In this document: positions 1 to 9,577 of the stretch, piece by piece
Layout of the letters: every line of letters starts with the position of its first letter
Numbering within the stretch: position 1 is the first letter of the stretch
DNA from: Spirochaetota bacterium
GTDB taxonomy: Bacteria > Spirochaetota > Spirochaetia > SZUA-6
Length of the DNA: 64,000 nt
Direction of reading: 5' to 3'
Assembly: GCA_013151965.1 (NCBI GenBank)
Contig: JAADHF010000131.1
Span: 129,763-193,762 of the forward strand
The notes under the pieces: model-generated
Databases searched by the model: none
The model's input: the letters and a program-made list of their open reading frames with translations, nothing else
What the model was told of the DNA's origin: nothing
Position numbers and translations under genes: made by a program

Positions 1-1
1 C

Positions 2-1039
2 CCTGATATCAATCTGATCTATTCCAGGATGATACATACTAATATTCTGGTTAATCAGGTAAGAGGTGATAAATACAAAAAGAGGGCTGCACGCAACGAA
101 CTGTGGAAGGGACAGAGTAATTCCGTATACTGGAATGCGGATAACGGCGGTATTTTTTTTAATCGTCTCAGGAAGAATGCCTACAGATCGTTTTTGGAGG
201 CGGAAAAAATAACCCGTACCGATTCCGGTTTTATACCTTCGATTATCACTCTCGATTTTGATATGGACGGCAGAAAGGAATTTCTCTATCAGGGAAAGGT
301 ACTTAACGCATATGTGCACCAGAAGAGCGGTGCGATTATTGAACTCGATTACCTGCCCTCTTCATGGAATTACCTTGATACGATAGATAAAAAGTATACG
401 AATATGATTAAGGTGAATGATGCCGATCCAAGATATTCGGCAAAGGCTTTTATCGATCATTTCATGGTGCCCGGTGAAAACCTTGAAAAATTCAAGACCG
501 GTGAGTACAGCGAGATTGGTGATTTTGCCGGCAGTACTTATAATGTAGTGGATATAAACAAGAACCGGCAGAGTATACAATTTGTCAGAACCGGAAAGGT
601 TAAGTTCAATGAAGCGGAGTATTCCTTAAGATTGGAAAAAAAGTATACATTCAGACAGAACACTATTCATATCTACTATACGCTGACAAATCTTTCCGAC
701 AGCCTGCTCGATCTTAAATTCGGTGTTGAGATAAATCTTTCACTTTCTTTTGCGGAGAAACCGGATTATGATCTTTCCGTGGTTAGAGGTGGTGCTGCAG
801 GAGAAGTAAATGTAGAAAGCGGGCAGGAAATAAAAGAAGTGGAATCGATAAATATTATTGATAATTTAAATACGACATTGATAACTCTGTTTTCTGCGGA
901 TAAATGTATATTATGGAGTTTCCCGGTAAGGTACAGGGGTATGTATCAGTATACCTGTTTTATGCCGGTCTGGGAAATATCATTAAAAGGCGGGGAAACG
1001 GTTAAAAGAGACTTATCAGTTAAACTTAAAAGGTTATAA
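2..1039 (+). CDS. Hypothetical protein, C-terminal portion. The reading frame is open back to the window start, so the gene is 5'-truncated.
   Basis: The ORF track gives 29..1039, but the same frame has no stop between nt 2 and 28 (PDINLIYSRM...). I recognise no diagnostic catalytic motif. Faint resemblance to C-terminal accessory domains of glycoside hydrolases is not reliable. Confidence 0.4.
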   Translation, partial: PDINLIYSRMIHTNILVNQVRGDKYKKRAARNELWKGQSNSVYWNADNGGIFFNRLRKNAYRSFLEAEKITRTDSGFIPSIITLDFDMDGRKEFLYQGKVLNAYVHQKSGAIIELDYLPSSWNYLDTIDKKYTNMIKVNDADPRYSAKAFIDHFMVPGENLEKFKTGEYSEIGDFAGSTYNVVDINKNRQSIQFVRTGKVKFNEAEYSLRLEKKYTFRQNTIHIYYTLTNLSDSLLDLKFGVEINLSLSFAEKPDYDLSVVRGGAAGEVNVESGQEIKEVESINIIDNLNTTLITLFSADKCILWSFPVRYRGMYQYTCFMPVWEISLKGGETVKRDLSVKLKRL

Positions 1040-1052
1040 ACGGAGCCGCTGT

Positions 1053-2303
1053 TTACTGCTCATCAGCAGGAACCGTATTTATCAGAACATTAAATATCGC
1101 ATTAAGCCAATTCTGGACATCCTGGTAGTATAAATCTTCTGCCATAAGGAACTCCAAAAAGGCATTCTTATATCTGGCCTGGAAATAGTAACTCTGCCCG
1201 AGGTAAAAATGAGCACGTGCTTCCACTTTTTCAGAATGATAAATACTTAAAAAATTGTTTAACAGATTTCCCGCTTCCGAAAAGTTGTGTTTGGTCAGAT
1301 GCTTTGCTACAACTGTATATAATGTATACTCTTCTCCTCCGGCCGTAGGTTTTTTTTCGGGGCTTAAGACCTGCACCTGTATGGGGGGCGGAGATTTTAA
1401 TTTTATGGTGTTTTCAAGAACCGTAACAGCCTTCCTTGTATCAGGTTTTAGAACCCGGAACTCCGGAAAAGAAAAGGGAGAGGACGGCGAAAGCTCCGAG
1501 CCGGTATCTATGCTGGATGAGATTAAAAGGTAGGGAAGCGGCAGCGGTCTTACCAGGGGCTGTTCAGGCAAACCGGCCCTGGTTACTCCTAAGGGAATCA
1601 TTACAGGATCGACTGTGGTGTTTTTGCCTGTTTTTAAATCGATTTTGCCTATTTTAAACAGACCTGCATCGAGCAGTGCATAGTAATAATTTATTCCAGG
1701 TATCGGATAGTCCTTATAACTCTCCTTCTCACCTGTAATTGTCACGGGGGAGGTGGAACTTAAGAGGTCTTCCGGTGAGTTGAAGGGTGAGGTATTTCGA
1801 AAGAGAAGAAGATATCTCTTCGGATTGGAGGTTTTAAAGGTTACAAGTACCGAGTCTTTCTCTGTTTTTGCGCGGATATCTGTTATTTTTGCTGCTCTCT
1901 GCTCCTCCGTAGCAACCGTCTTTACGGATACTCCCCTTGTGGTTATGTTTCGAAACGGAATGAGCAGTTTATATAACTTGCCTTTTTTATCCTGTATTAA
2001 GACGGCATAATAGAACTTTTCCATCGAAACGGGATAATCGGTATATGTTTCGATTCCCTGTTTTACATGTGCAATTAATTTTGCTTTTGACAGTGTTAGG
2101 GTTGTGATTTGTTTATTAGCTCTGTATATAAGGTTTTCTCCTTCGATATCACTGGAATCCTTCCATGTCAATTCTATCCCGCTGTTTACCGCCCGTGCTT
2201 TTAACCTTGAAACAAAGGGTGCGAAAACCTCCTGTGACTTTTCCTGCCCGAACAGCATAACGGAAAATATTAAGAATGGTATAATTAAACTCTTTTTTTT
2301 CAT
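1053..2303 (-). CDS. Secreted hypothetical protein with two FN3-like segments and a C-terminal TPR-like helical region.
   Basis: N-terminal signal peptide MKKKSLIIPFLIFSVMLFGQEK. The C-terminal region HFYLGQSYYFQARYKNAFLEFLMAEDLYYQ is TPR-like. It converges on the upstream + gene with a 13-bp gap. Confidence 0.5.
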   Translation of the reverse strand: MKKKSLIIPFLIFSVMLFGQEKSQEVFAPFVSRLKARAVNSGIELTWKDSSDIEGENLIYRANKQITTLTLSKAKLIAHVKQGIETYTDYPVSMEKFYYAVLIQDKKGKLYKLLIPFRNITTRGVSVKTVATEEQRAAKITDIRAKTEKDSVLVTFKTSNPKRYLLLFRNTSPFNSPEDLLSSTSPVTITGEKESYKDYPIPGINYYYALLDAGLFKIGKIDLKTGKNTTVDPVMIPLGVTRAGLPEQPLVRPLPLPYLLISSSIDTGSELSPSSPFSFPEFRVLKPDTRKAVTVLENTIKLKSPPPIQVQVLSPEKKPTAGGEEYTLYTVVAKHLTKHNFSEAGNLLNNFLSIYHSEKVEARAHFYLGQSYYFQARYKNAFLEFLMAEDLYYQDVQNWLNAIFNVLINTVPADEQ

Positions 2304-2389
2304 ACATTTATTTTATTCGGCTTTTATTGCAATAGTCCATAGAAAAAAGAATATTTGACATAAAATATACAAATAATTAAACTAAAGGC

Positions 2390-2662
2390 ATGTTTGTTGC
2401 AATTGCCTGTGATTTTTCCAGCGGAGACCATAAAAAGGATGCCGAACTTGTTATTAAACAGTATGGATTCAGTAGAATTATGGAAAATCTATTTGAATCG
2501 ACTACAATAGGTGAAGTATATTTAACAAGATTAAAACGTGACCTTGATCAGATTACCGATTCGTACGACAATCTACGATTCTATCAATATCCGGTGGAAA
2601 ATACTATGGTCATAACCTCTCTGAAAGAGAAGAAATGGCGGCGTCTGGTTGTAAGGATATAA
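2390..2662 (+). CDS. Small VapD/Cas2-like protein (putative endoribonuclease fold), 90 aa.
   Basis: The N-terminus MFVAIACDFSS resembles the VapD consensus MYAIAFDL. The size (about 90 aa) fits the family. A GF motif followed by a hydrophobic stretch sits where VapD has one. TTGACA-17-TAAACT lies immediately upstream at 2355-2383, and AAAGG 3 nt before the ATG. This is by-eye similarity only. Confidence 0.35.
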   Translation: MFVAIACDFSSGDHKKDAELVIKQYGFSRIMENLFESTTIGEVYLTRLKRDLDQITDSYDNLRFYQYPVENTMVITSLKEKKWRRLVVRI

Positions 2663-2672
2663 GGAGAATAAT

Positions 2673-3786
2673 TTGCTCGAAGATTATCAGCAGCGGGTTG
2701 ATGCGCTCAGCGTAAAGATATCGGAAACAAGGAGGTATCTTTGACGTAGAAAGCCTTAAGAAAAATATTAAGGGGCTCGAAGAAAAAACGCTCAATCCGG
2801 ATTTATGGCAGAACAGGAAAGAGGCCGAAAGTGTGCTTTCCGAACTTAAACGTTTAAAAGACCGTTATGAGGCATGGAAAAATCTATACAGTGAATTTGA
2901 GGATTTTTATGAAATCTATAAGATATCACTTTCGGAATCCGACAGCTCGATGGAAGAGGATATACGTGAAAGCCTTAAAGCCCTGGAGACAAGATTTTCT
3001 CAGCTTGAAATTCTTGAGCTTCTCGGAGGCAGACAGGATCAGGCATCGTGTTTTTTAACTATTCACTCCGGTGCCGGAGGTACGGAAGCATGCGACTGGG
3101 TAAGCATGCTGTTCAGGATGTATGCAAGATGGGCGGAACGCCACCGGTTTAAGATGGAAATACTAAGTATGCTGGATGCCGAGGGAGGCATTAAATCCGT
3201 GACAGTCCAGATTACCGGTGAATATGCATACGGATATCTGAAAACAGAAAACGGTATACACAGACTTGTGAGGATTTCACCTTTCGATTCGAGCAGCAGG
3301 AGGCATACTTCATTTGCATCCGTTTTCTGTTCGCCGGTAATATCCGACGAAATAGAGGTGGAAATTAAACCGGATGAAATCCGTATAGATACATACCGGT
3401 CTACGGGTGCCGGAGGCCAGCATGTAAATAAAACGGATTCCGCTGTAAGAATTACACATTTCCCGACAGGTATTGTTGTGCAATGCCAGAATGAGAGGAG
3501 TCAGTATAAGAATAAGGCGATGGCTTTAAAGATACTGCGCTCGCGGCTCTATGATTTTTATGAAAAAGAGCAGGAGAAAAAGAGGGCTGAGGTCGAAAAA
3601 AAGAAAAAAGATATTTCCTGGGGAAACCAGATACGTTCCTATGTGTTTCATCCGTACAGCATGATAAAGGACCATAGAACAAACTATGAAACGGGTAATA
3701 TCCAGGCGGTAATGGATGGCGCTATTGACGATTTTATTAAAGAGTATTTAAAATTAAAGCGGGCGGTCAGAACAAATGTCAATTAA
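2673..3786 (+). CDS. prfB: Peptide chain release factor 2, expressed through a +1 programmed ribosomal frameshift at CTT-TGA-C (2739-2745).
   Basis: Frame 0 runs TTG(2673) LEDYQQRVDALSVKISETRRYL and then hits TGA at 2742. An internal SD-like AGGAGG sits at 2730-2735, 3 nt before CTT TGA C. The +1 frame continues DVESLKKNIKGLEEK... into the ORF 2833..3786. That ORF carries the RF2-specific SPF motif and GGQ (GAGGQHVNKTDSAVRITH). AAGGAG lies 6 nt upstream of the TTG. Confidence 0.9.
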
Positions 3787-4144
3787 TATAGTGATTGTCG
3801 ATGATCTTGCATTTATAAAAATGGTGTTAAGAGATATTGTGGAAAAAGGAGGTTTCCGTGTTATAGGCGAAGCCTCTAACGGAGAAGAGGCCGTACAGGT
3901 TTACCAGGATAAGAGACCCGATATAGTACTGATGGATATAACAATGCCGAAAATGGATGGTATTACTGCTTTAAAAAAAATACTGAAGATAGATCCGCAT
4001 GCTAAGGTAATTATGTGCTCCGCACTCGGACAGCAGCGTCTTATTATTCAGGCAATACAGACAGGGGCAAAAGATTTTATAGTAAAACCCTTTAAGCCGG
4101 AAAGGGTCTTAAAATCAATAAAAAAGGTTCTGGATATTGCATGA
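3776..4144 (+). CDS. Single-domain CheY-like response regulator receiver protein.
   Basis: The acidic pocket is present (VDD..., DIVLMDITMPKMDG), as are the conserved S/T (MCSALG) and K (VKPFK). There is no output domain. It overlaps the prfB stop by 11 nt. Confidence 0.85.
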   Translation: MSINIVIVDDLAFIKMVLRDIVEKGGFRVIGEASNGEEAVQVYQDKRPDIVLMDITMPKMDGITALKKILKIDPHAKVIMCSALGQQRLIIQAIQTGAKDFIVKPFKPERVLKSIKKVLDIA

Positions 4145-5588
4145 AAAATTAGTATTACTTTCCTGTGCCTTATTAATCGGTATTGCATCCGGCATTTTTC
4201 CGGTTCAGCAGAATAAGGTGCCGGAAAAACTCCCTGTAGATACCGCTTCTGTCTGGAGGGTTGGTTTTTCCATGTTTATACCGGAGAGATTGAGTAATGA
4301 GAACCAATATCTTGCGTACAGTATCCCGCTGATTTTAAGAGAAAACCTTGTATCGATCGAAGAGCATGAATTCTCGGCTGATGAGAAGAAAGCATACAGG
4401 AAGAAAATCGTAGATAATGAACTTACCGTATTAAGCGGTAAATTAAAACAGTACATCGATGCAAGGGACAACCTTTTTTTTGCGGATATTGCAATGGGGC
4501 AGCGGTCTTCGCGTCTGCATGAGATAGAGAAAAGCATAAAGGATGCCAGGGAGCGGATGAATTATTTAAAAGGTCTGGATATTAAGGAAATAGAATTTCC
4601 GGATAAAAAGAAGATTGAATATATCAGCGGCAAGGTACCGGGCAGGCTCCTGGATACAGCTTCCTTTTCCGCCCTGCAGCTTGCAAAAAAATGGAATGTT
4701 GATCTTCTGATATGGGGTGTAGTGGAGCAGATCGATAATATCCTGTATGTAAGAATAGAGGCGTATGATTCCGCGCTTGAAAAATCCGTTTTTTCCTATG
4801 TTGATGCGGGTTCAAGGGAGAATATATATTCCTATATTAAAGATGCGGAAACCGGTTTGTCGGGAGTTCTCCTCGGCCGTTCCTGGGGAAACCTCATTGT
4901 TGAAACGGAACCCGAAAATTCTTCGGTATATGTAAATGATGTTTTTAAGGGACTCGGGAATGAAGAATTACGATATCTCGTTCCGGGCGAACTAACGATA
5001 AGAGTTCATTATAACGGGTATAAGGATTATATACATGAGGTTACCATAGAAGAATTTAAGACTTATCATCTGTCCGTAAAACTTGAAGAGATAAAGCTGG
5101 GTACTGTTACTATTAATACCGAGCCCGAAGGGGCAGACCTCTATCTTAATTCCGTATGGCAGGGGCTAAGCCCTCTTTCCCTGTCAAGACCGAATATTTT
5201 TAAGTATATTGTTATTAAAAAGGACGGTTTCGGAATATCCGATTTTACTCTTTCCGGAGATACACCCAACACTGTGACGGTAAAGCTGCAGAGAGAGCTG
5301 ATCTCTCCCGAAAAAATAGAACGGCAGAAGCGCGATGAATTTTATTCATCACTTGGTTTGTGGCTGATTACTTTACCTGTTCCGATATTCGGATATGGTT
5401 TTGCAATAGACTATAAATTAGGGGAAATTACCGCACTTACGGATAACAATACAGGAGAAGCGGATAAAATGTCTCTCTACAGCGACATGATGTACTATTC
5501 GTATCTCGGAGGGATTTTTATCAGTGCATCTCTGTTTGTAAATGTTGCCGTACATCTTTTTAATTATATTAAATCGGTAAACAGGTAA
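4137..5588 (+). CDS. Membrane protein with two PEGA domains.
   Basis: N-terminal hydrophobic segment LVLLSCALLIGIASGIF. Two PEGA-like repeats are present (ETEPENSSVYVND...; NTEPEGADLYLNS...). Two C-terminal TM helices follow. The start overlaps the stop of the receiver gene. Confidence 0.6.
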   Translation: MHEKLVLLSCALLIGIASGIFPVQQNKVPEKLPVDTASVWRVGFSMFIPERLSNENQYLAYSIPLILRENLVSIEEHEFSADEKKAYRKKIVDNELTVLSGKLKQYIDARDNLFFADIAMGQRSSRLHEIEKSIKDARERMNYLKGLDIKEIEFPDKKKIEYISGKVPGRLLDTASFSALQLAKKWNVDLLIWGVVEQIDNILYVRIEAYDSALEKSVFSYVDAGSRENIYSYIKDAETGLSGVLLGRSWGNLIVETEPENSSVYVNDVFKGLGNEELRYLVPGELTIRVHYNGYKDYIHEVTIEEFKTYHLSVKLEEIKLGTVTINTEPEGADLYLNSVWQGLSPLSLSRPNIFKYIVIKKDGFGISDFTLSGDTPNTVTVKLQRELISPEKIERQKRDEFYSSLGLWLITLPVPIFGYGFAIDYKLGEITALTDNNTGEADKMSLYSDMMYYSYLGGIFISASLFVNVAVHLFNYIKSVNR

Positions 5589-5606
5589 ACACAGAAAAGG
5601 AAAGAT

Positions 5607-6482
5607 ATGATAAAAAAAATTGCACAGAGTCTTAAAAAAATTATTACTTCAGGATATTCCGGGAGAGAGATCCTGGATAATCTGGAAGAACTTTTAATAG
5701 AGGGCGATTTCGGTGTTTCAGTTGCAGAAGAAGTGGTATCGGAATATTCCGGTACCGTAAAGAATATTAAAAAAATGAGCAGGGATGAACTGCTTAAACA
5801 GTTAAAAGAGATTCTCGAAAAGGATATACTGGTAACAGAGATAGTGCCTGAAAAGGGGAAAATAAATCTCTTCCTTGTCTTCGGAGTAAACGGGGTGGGA
5901 AAGACCACGACGATAGCCAAAATGGCGCATTATTACAGGGTTAATTACGGAATAAATAAGACAATACTCAGTGCTGCGGACACTTACAGGGCCGGAGCTA
6001 TAGACCAGCTGATTCAGTGGGGTAAACTGCTGGAAATACCTGTTGTGCGTCAGTCACCCGGCGCCGATCCGGGAGCGGTGGTTTATGATTCCATTACAAG
6101 TGCGAAGGCGAAAGGAGTCGAGCTGGTAATTGCCGATACGGCGGGCAGAATGCATAACAGGTTAAATCTTATCAAGGAGCTTAAGAAGATCAGCAAGGTT
6201 GTCGTATCCAATCTTTCCGGGGGTGTTTACAGGAAGATTCTTGTGATCGATGCGACAACAGGACAGAATGCACTCCAGCAGGCAGAGATATTCAACGATG
6301 CAGTCGGAATCGATGCAATAATCCTCTCCAAGTATGACTCGACTGCAAAGGGGGGAATTGCCGTTGCTATTTCTAAAAAGCTGAATATTCCTTTTCTTTT
6401 TTTGGGCACCGGAGAAAAGCTCGGTAATCTTATCCCCTTTAACAGGGAGCATTATTTAAACAGTCTGCTTGGTATCGAATGA
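5607..6482 (+). CDS. ftsY: Signal recognition particle receptor FtsY (NG domain only).
   Basis: GVNGVGKTTTIAKMA (G1), DTAGRMHN (G3) and the SKYDSTAKGG (G4-like) motif are present. 291 aa. Confidence 0.9.
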   Translation: MIKKIAQSLKKIITSGYSGREILDNLEELLIEGDFGVSVAEEVVSEYSGTVKNIKKMSRDELLKQLKEILEKDILVTEIVPEKGKINLFLVFGVNGVGKTTTIAKMAHYYRVNYGINKTILSAADTYRAGAIDQLIQWGKLLEIPVVRQSPGADPGAVVYDSITSAKAKGVELVIADTAGRMHNRLNLIKELKKISKVVVSNLSGGVYRKILVIDATTGQNALQQAEIFNDAVGIDAIILSKYDSTAKGGIAVAISKKLNIPFLFLGTGEKLGNLIPFNREHYLNSLLGIE

Positions 6483-7576
6483 AGCGGATAATACTGATAA
6501 CAGGTTTTTTTTTCTCTCTGATTTTTCTTTTCGCCGAGGTTTCTTTTTTTACCTCTAATGAAATAGGAATGGCTCTGAAAAAGATACCTTTCTACAGAAC
6601 GGACGAGTATAAATATGTGCTTATGGTGGAAAGGAGTAAACTCACGGAAAACAGAGTTCTTCTCTTTAAGGGTGAGAAGATTAAGAGAAAGGAATTACAT
6701 TATAATAAACAGGGCAGACTGGAAAAGGAAAAAAGTTATGAAAAAGAGAAGCTTGTATCGATACAATATTATGATTCTTACGGAAAAGTTATAAGACTGG
6801 AGTATTACAAAGACGGTGACATACTACGAAAAGAGGATTACCGGTATGTGCATAATAGAATCAGTGAAAAACAGGTCTATAATTCGGAGGGGGATCTTTT
6901 ATATACCGATTTTTATACTTTAAACAGCATGGGGATGCTGATTAAACTGGTTCGAAAATGGTCCGCGGCAGAACCTTCGGAAACTGTCCTTATCGCAGGC
7001 AGAGAAGGGATAACCGCAGAATTGACAGGATATTCCGATACGGTAAAGATAGTGCGGTATAACCGTGCGGGAGGGGAAATCGAAACCGAACAATGGAAGG
7101 GGAACACTCTTATCAGCAGGAAGACGATCTATAGAAACAGTAAAACCGGAAAACGGGAATCTTCCGTAGAAGAAGATTATGTTAATAATACAGTCAGTTC
7201 GGAAGAGTACGACGATCAGGGGAATCCGGTCTCTAAAGAGGTTAAAAGCGGTGATAAGATTGTTTCGGAGGAGACATACAGTCTCGATAATAAGGGGCGG
7301 ATAGTAAAAAAGATTAGAAAGAGTAAAGAACACGGAATGGAGGAGTGGGATTACCGGTATGATTCCGAAGGTAACGTTACAGAAGAAAAATACTTTGTGC
7401 GTGGTGTTATCGGGAAGATTACTGCATATCCCGATAAAGAGCATAAGGTTGAAAAGCTCTATAGAAACGGTGAAGAATTTATAAGACTTTATTATAAGGG
7501 AGGGAAAAAGTTTAAGGAAGAAATAATAAGCGGGGATAAGGTTATTAAGACAAGAAAACTGAAAATGAATAGATGA
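6479..7576 (+). CDS. Secreted protein built of degenerate YD/Rhs-like repeats.
   Basis: Signal peptide MKRIILITGFFFSLIFLFAEV. Reiterated Y-x-Y-D-x-x-G-N/R motifs occur (DYRYDSEGNV, EYDDQGNPV, YYDSYGKV, HYNKQGRL). ATGA overlap with ftsY. Confidence 0.5.
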   Translation: MKRIILITGFFFSLIFLFAEVSFFTSNEIGMALKKIPFYRTDEYKYVLMVERSKLTENRVLLFKGEKIKRKELHYNKQGRLEKEKSYEKEKLVSIQYYDSYGKVIRLEYYKDGDILRKEDYRYVHNRISEKQVYNSEGDLLYTDFYTLNSMGMLIKLVRKWSAAEPSETVLIAGREGITAELTGYSDTVKIVRYNRAGGEIETEQWKGNTLISRKTIYRNSKTGKRESSVEEDYVNNTVSSEEYDDQGNPVSKEVKSGDKIVSEETYSLDNKGRIVKKIRKSKEHGMEEWDYRYDSEGNVTEEKYFVRGVIGKITAYPDKEHKVEKLYRNGEEFIRLYYKGGKKFKEEIISGDKVIKTRKLKMNR

Positions 7577-8886
7577 AAACTAAATTTTTATTTTTTGTTT
7601 CTCTCAGATATTTTAAGAACAAAAGGAGGAACAGACATTTTGCCTCCTCGATTCTATCGATACTCGGGGTAACTGCAGGAGTTATGACTCTGATTGTAGT
7701 GCTTGCCGTGATGAACGGTTTTCAGTCCGGTTTTATCTCGAGTATACTCAATATCAGTTCATACCATATCCAAATTTCAGGTGAAAATTCCGGTTATAAA
7801 GACCGGGATATTATTTCGAAAATAGAGCAGTTAAAATCGGTATCCGCTGTAGTGCCCTTTAATGAAAATCAGGCTATTGTCAAAGGGGTGTTTACCGAAC
7901 CGGAGGGCTGTATTATACGCGGTGTTCCGGCTGATATTATGGACAGGGACGAATCATTTAAAAAAAGCCTGAAAATAGAAAGCGGAGTATTTTCCGTTAT
8001 AATTCCCGATACGGCGGTAATCGGAGCGGAGCTTGCGCAGAGACTCGGTGTAAGTGTCGGAGATAAAATCGAGATACTGTCGATTTCGGGAAATGCCGCT
8101 GCAGGTTTAAAGCCCATAAAGAGGTATTTTATAATATCCGGTCTGTTTAAAAGCGGCTACTATGAGTTTGATTTAAGCTGGATCTTCGTTTCGCTATCTA
8201 CGGCCGGTAATTTCTTCTGGGGCGGAAAGGATTATCCTGTAACCTACGGATTAAAATTGGTGAACCGGTTCAGGGATGAACAGATAATCAGCCGGATTAA
8301 AAAGCTTATTAAAGGAAGAGGTCTTTCTGTAGTATCGTGGAGGGAGTACAACAGGTCTTTTTTCGATGCCCTGCTCATGGAAAAAATAATGATGATGCTT
8401 CTTCTCGGTTTAATTTTTATAGTTGTCGGGTTTAATATATATCATTCACTGCGGAGAATGGTATATGAAAAGATCGAAGATATTGCAATAATAAAGGCTC
8501 TTGGGGCCTCTCCGTCTGCCCTGCGGTGTATTTTTATCGTAGAAGGATTTTTAATCGGGCTGTTCGGTGCCATTGCCGGGACATGTCTCGGTCTTCTTGT
8601 ATCGATAAATATAAATGAGATTTTCTCCATAGCAGAGGCATTTATCAATGGAGTATCCGGTATAATACAGGCTGTCTCGCTTCCTTTTGCAAAGGGTTCC
8701 AGGTATTCGGATTTTACAGTATTTTCCCCGATGTACTTTTATTTAACGAAAGTACCTGTAACGGTCAGGCTTCCGGAGGTTATTGTTACGGTGTTTTCCG
8801 CTGTCTTTGCCTCTTCGGCTGCCGCATATTTTGCATCCCGGAGGATAAGCACTATTAAACCTGTTGAAGTTTTGAGGTATCAATGA
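7573..8886 (+). CDS. lolC: Lipoprotein-releasing system permease (LolC/LolE family, FtsX-like).
   Basis: TM1, then a large periplasmic domain, then three C-terminal TM helices, which is the MacB/LolC topology. ATGA overlap with the upstream gene. It lies next to lolD. Confidence 0.7.
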   Translation: MKTKFLFFVSLRYFKNKRRNRHFASSILSILGVTAGVMTLIVVLAVMNGFQSGFISSILNISSYHIQISGENSGYKDRDIISKIEQLKSVSAVVPFNENQAIVKGVFTEPEGCIIRGVPADIMDRDESFKKSLKIESGVFSVIIPDTAVIGAELAQRLGVSVGDKIEILSISGNAAAGLKPIKRYFIISGLFKSGYYEFDLSWIFVSLSTAGNFFWGGKDYPVTYGLKLVNRFRDEQIISRIKKLIKGRGLSVVSWREYNRSFFDALLMEKIMMMLLLGLIFIVVGFNIYHSLRRMVYEKIEDIAIIKALGASPSALRCIFIVEGFLIGLFGAIAGTCLGLLVSININEIFSIAEAFINGVSGIIQAVSLPFAKGSRYSDFTVFSPMYFYLTKVPVTVRLPEVIVTVFSAVFASSAAAYFASRRISTIKPVEVLRYQ

Positions 8887-8899
8887 AAGGATACAGAGT

Positions 8900-9577
8900 A
8901 TGGCTGAGGTAGTGGTTATAAAAAATCTGAAAAAGACGTATAAGTCCGGAATCGAAAATCTCGAAGTTCTGCAGAATGTCTGTCTCGATGTTAACGGAGG
9001 GGAAACGGTTGTAATTACCGGTGAGAGCGGTTCCGGCAAGAGTACCCTCCTTAATCTCATAGGCGGACTGGACAATGCTACGGAGGGGGTCATTTTCGTG
9101 GACGGCAGGGATATATGCCGTTTAAATGAGCATGAATTGACGGATTACAGAAACAGATATATAGGATTTATATTTCAGTTCCACTATCTCCTGAATGATT
9201 TTAATGCTCTGGAAAATGTTCTTATTCCGGCATTAATAAGGGGCGACAGGTATAATTCCGCAGAATCCCGGGCTTTAACCCTTCTCTCCGATGTCGGGCT
9301 TAAAGAACACAGGCATCGTTACCCTGCAGAACTGTCAGGCGGTGAAAGACAGCGCATAGCAGTTGCACGTGCTCTTATGAATGAACCGCCTTTGATCCTT
9401 GCGGATGAGCCTTTAGGAAATCTCGATGAAAGAAATTCAAAAGTTGTGGAGGATATTCTTTTCACCCTTGTGGAAAAGTACAAAAAAACAATGGTACTTG
9501 TTACGCATGATCCTGAAGCTGCCGGCAGGTCGGGGAGGCATTATAAACTCGAGCACGGCTTGTTGGAGCGGGCGTGA
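8900..9577 (+). CDS. lolD: Lipoprotein-releasing ABC transporter ATP-binding protein.
   Basis: Walker [13 protein letters not shown] signature [15 protein letters not shown] and Walker [12 protein letters not shown] are present. Confidence 0.85.
   Translation: MAEVVVIKNLKKTYKSGIENLEVLQNVCLDVNGGETVVITGESGSGKSTLLNLIGGLDNATEGVIFVDGRDICRLNEHELTDYRNRYIGFIFQFHYLLNDFNALENVLIPALIRGDRYNSAESRALTLLSDVGLKEHRHRYPAELSGGERQRIAVARALMNEPPLILADEPLGNLDERNSKVVEDILFTLVEKYKKTMVLVTHDPEAAGRSGRHYKLEHGLLERA

Noticed and set aside
2104-2358. 84-aa + strand ORF overlapping the 5' end of the minus-strand secreted-protein gene.
   Set aside because: It overlaps the signal-peptide-encoding region of a convincing gene. The product is hydrophobic nonsense with no RBS.
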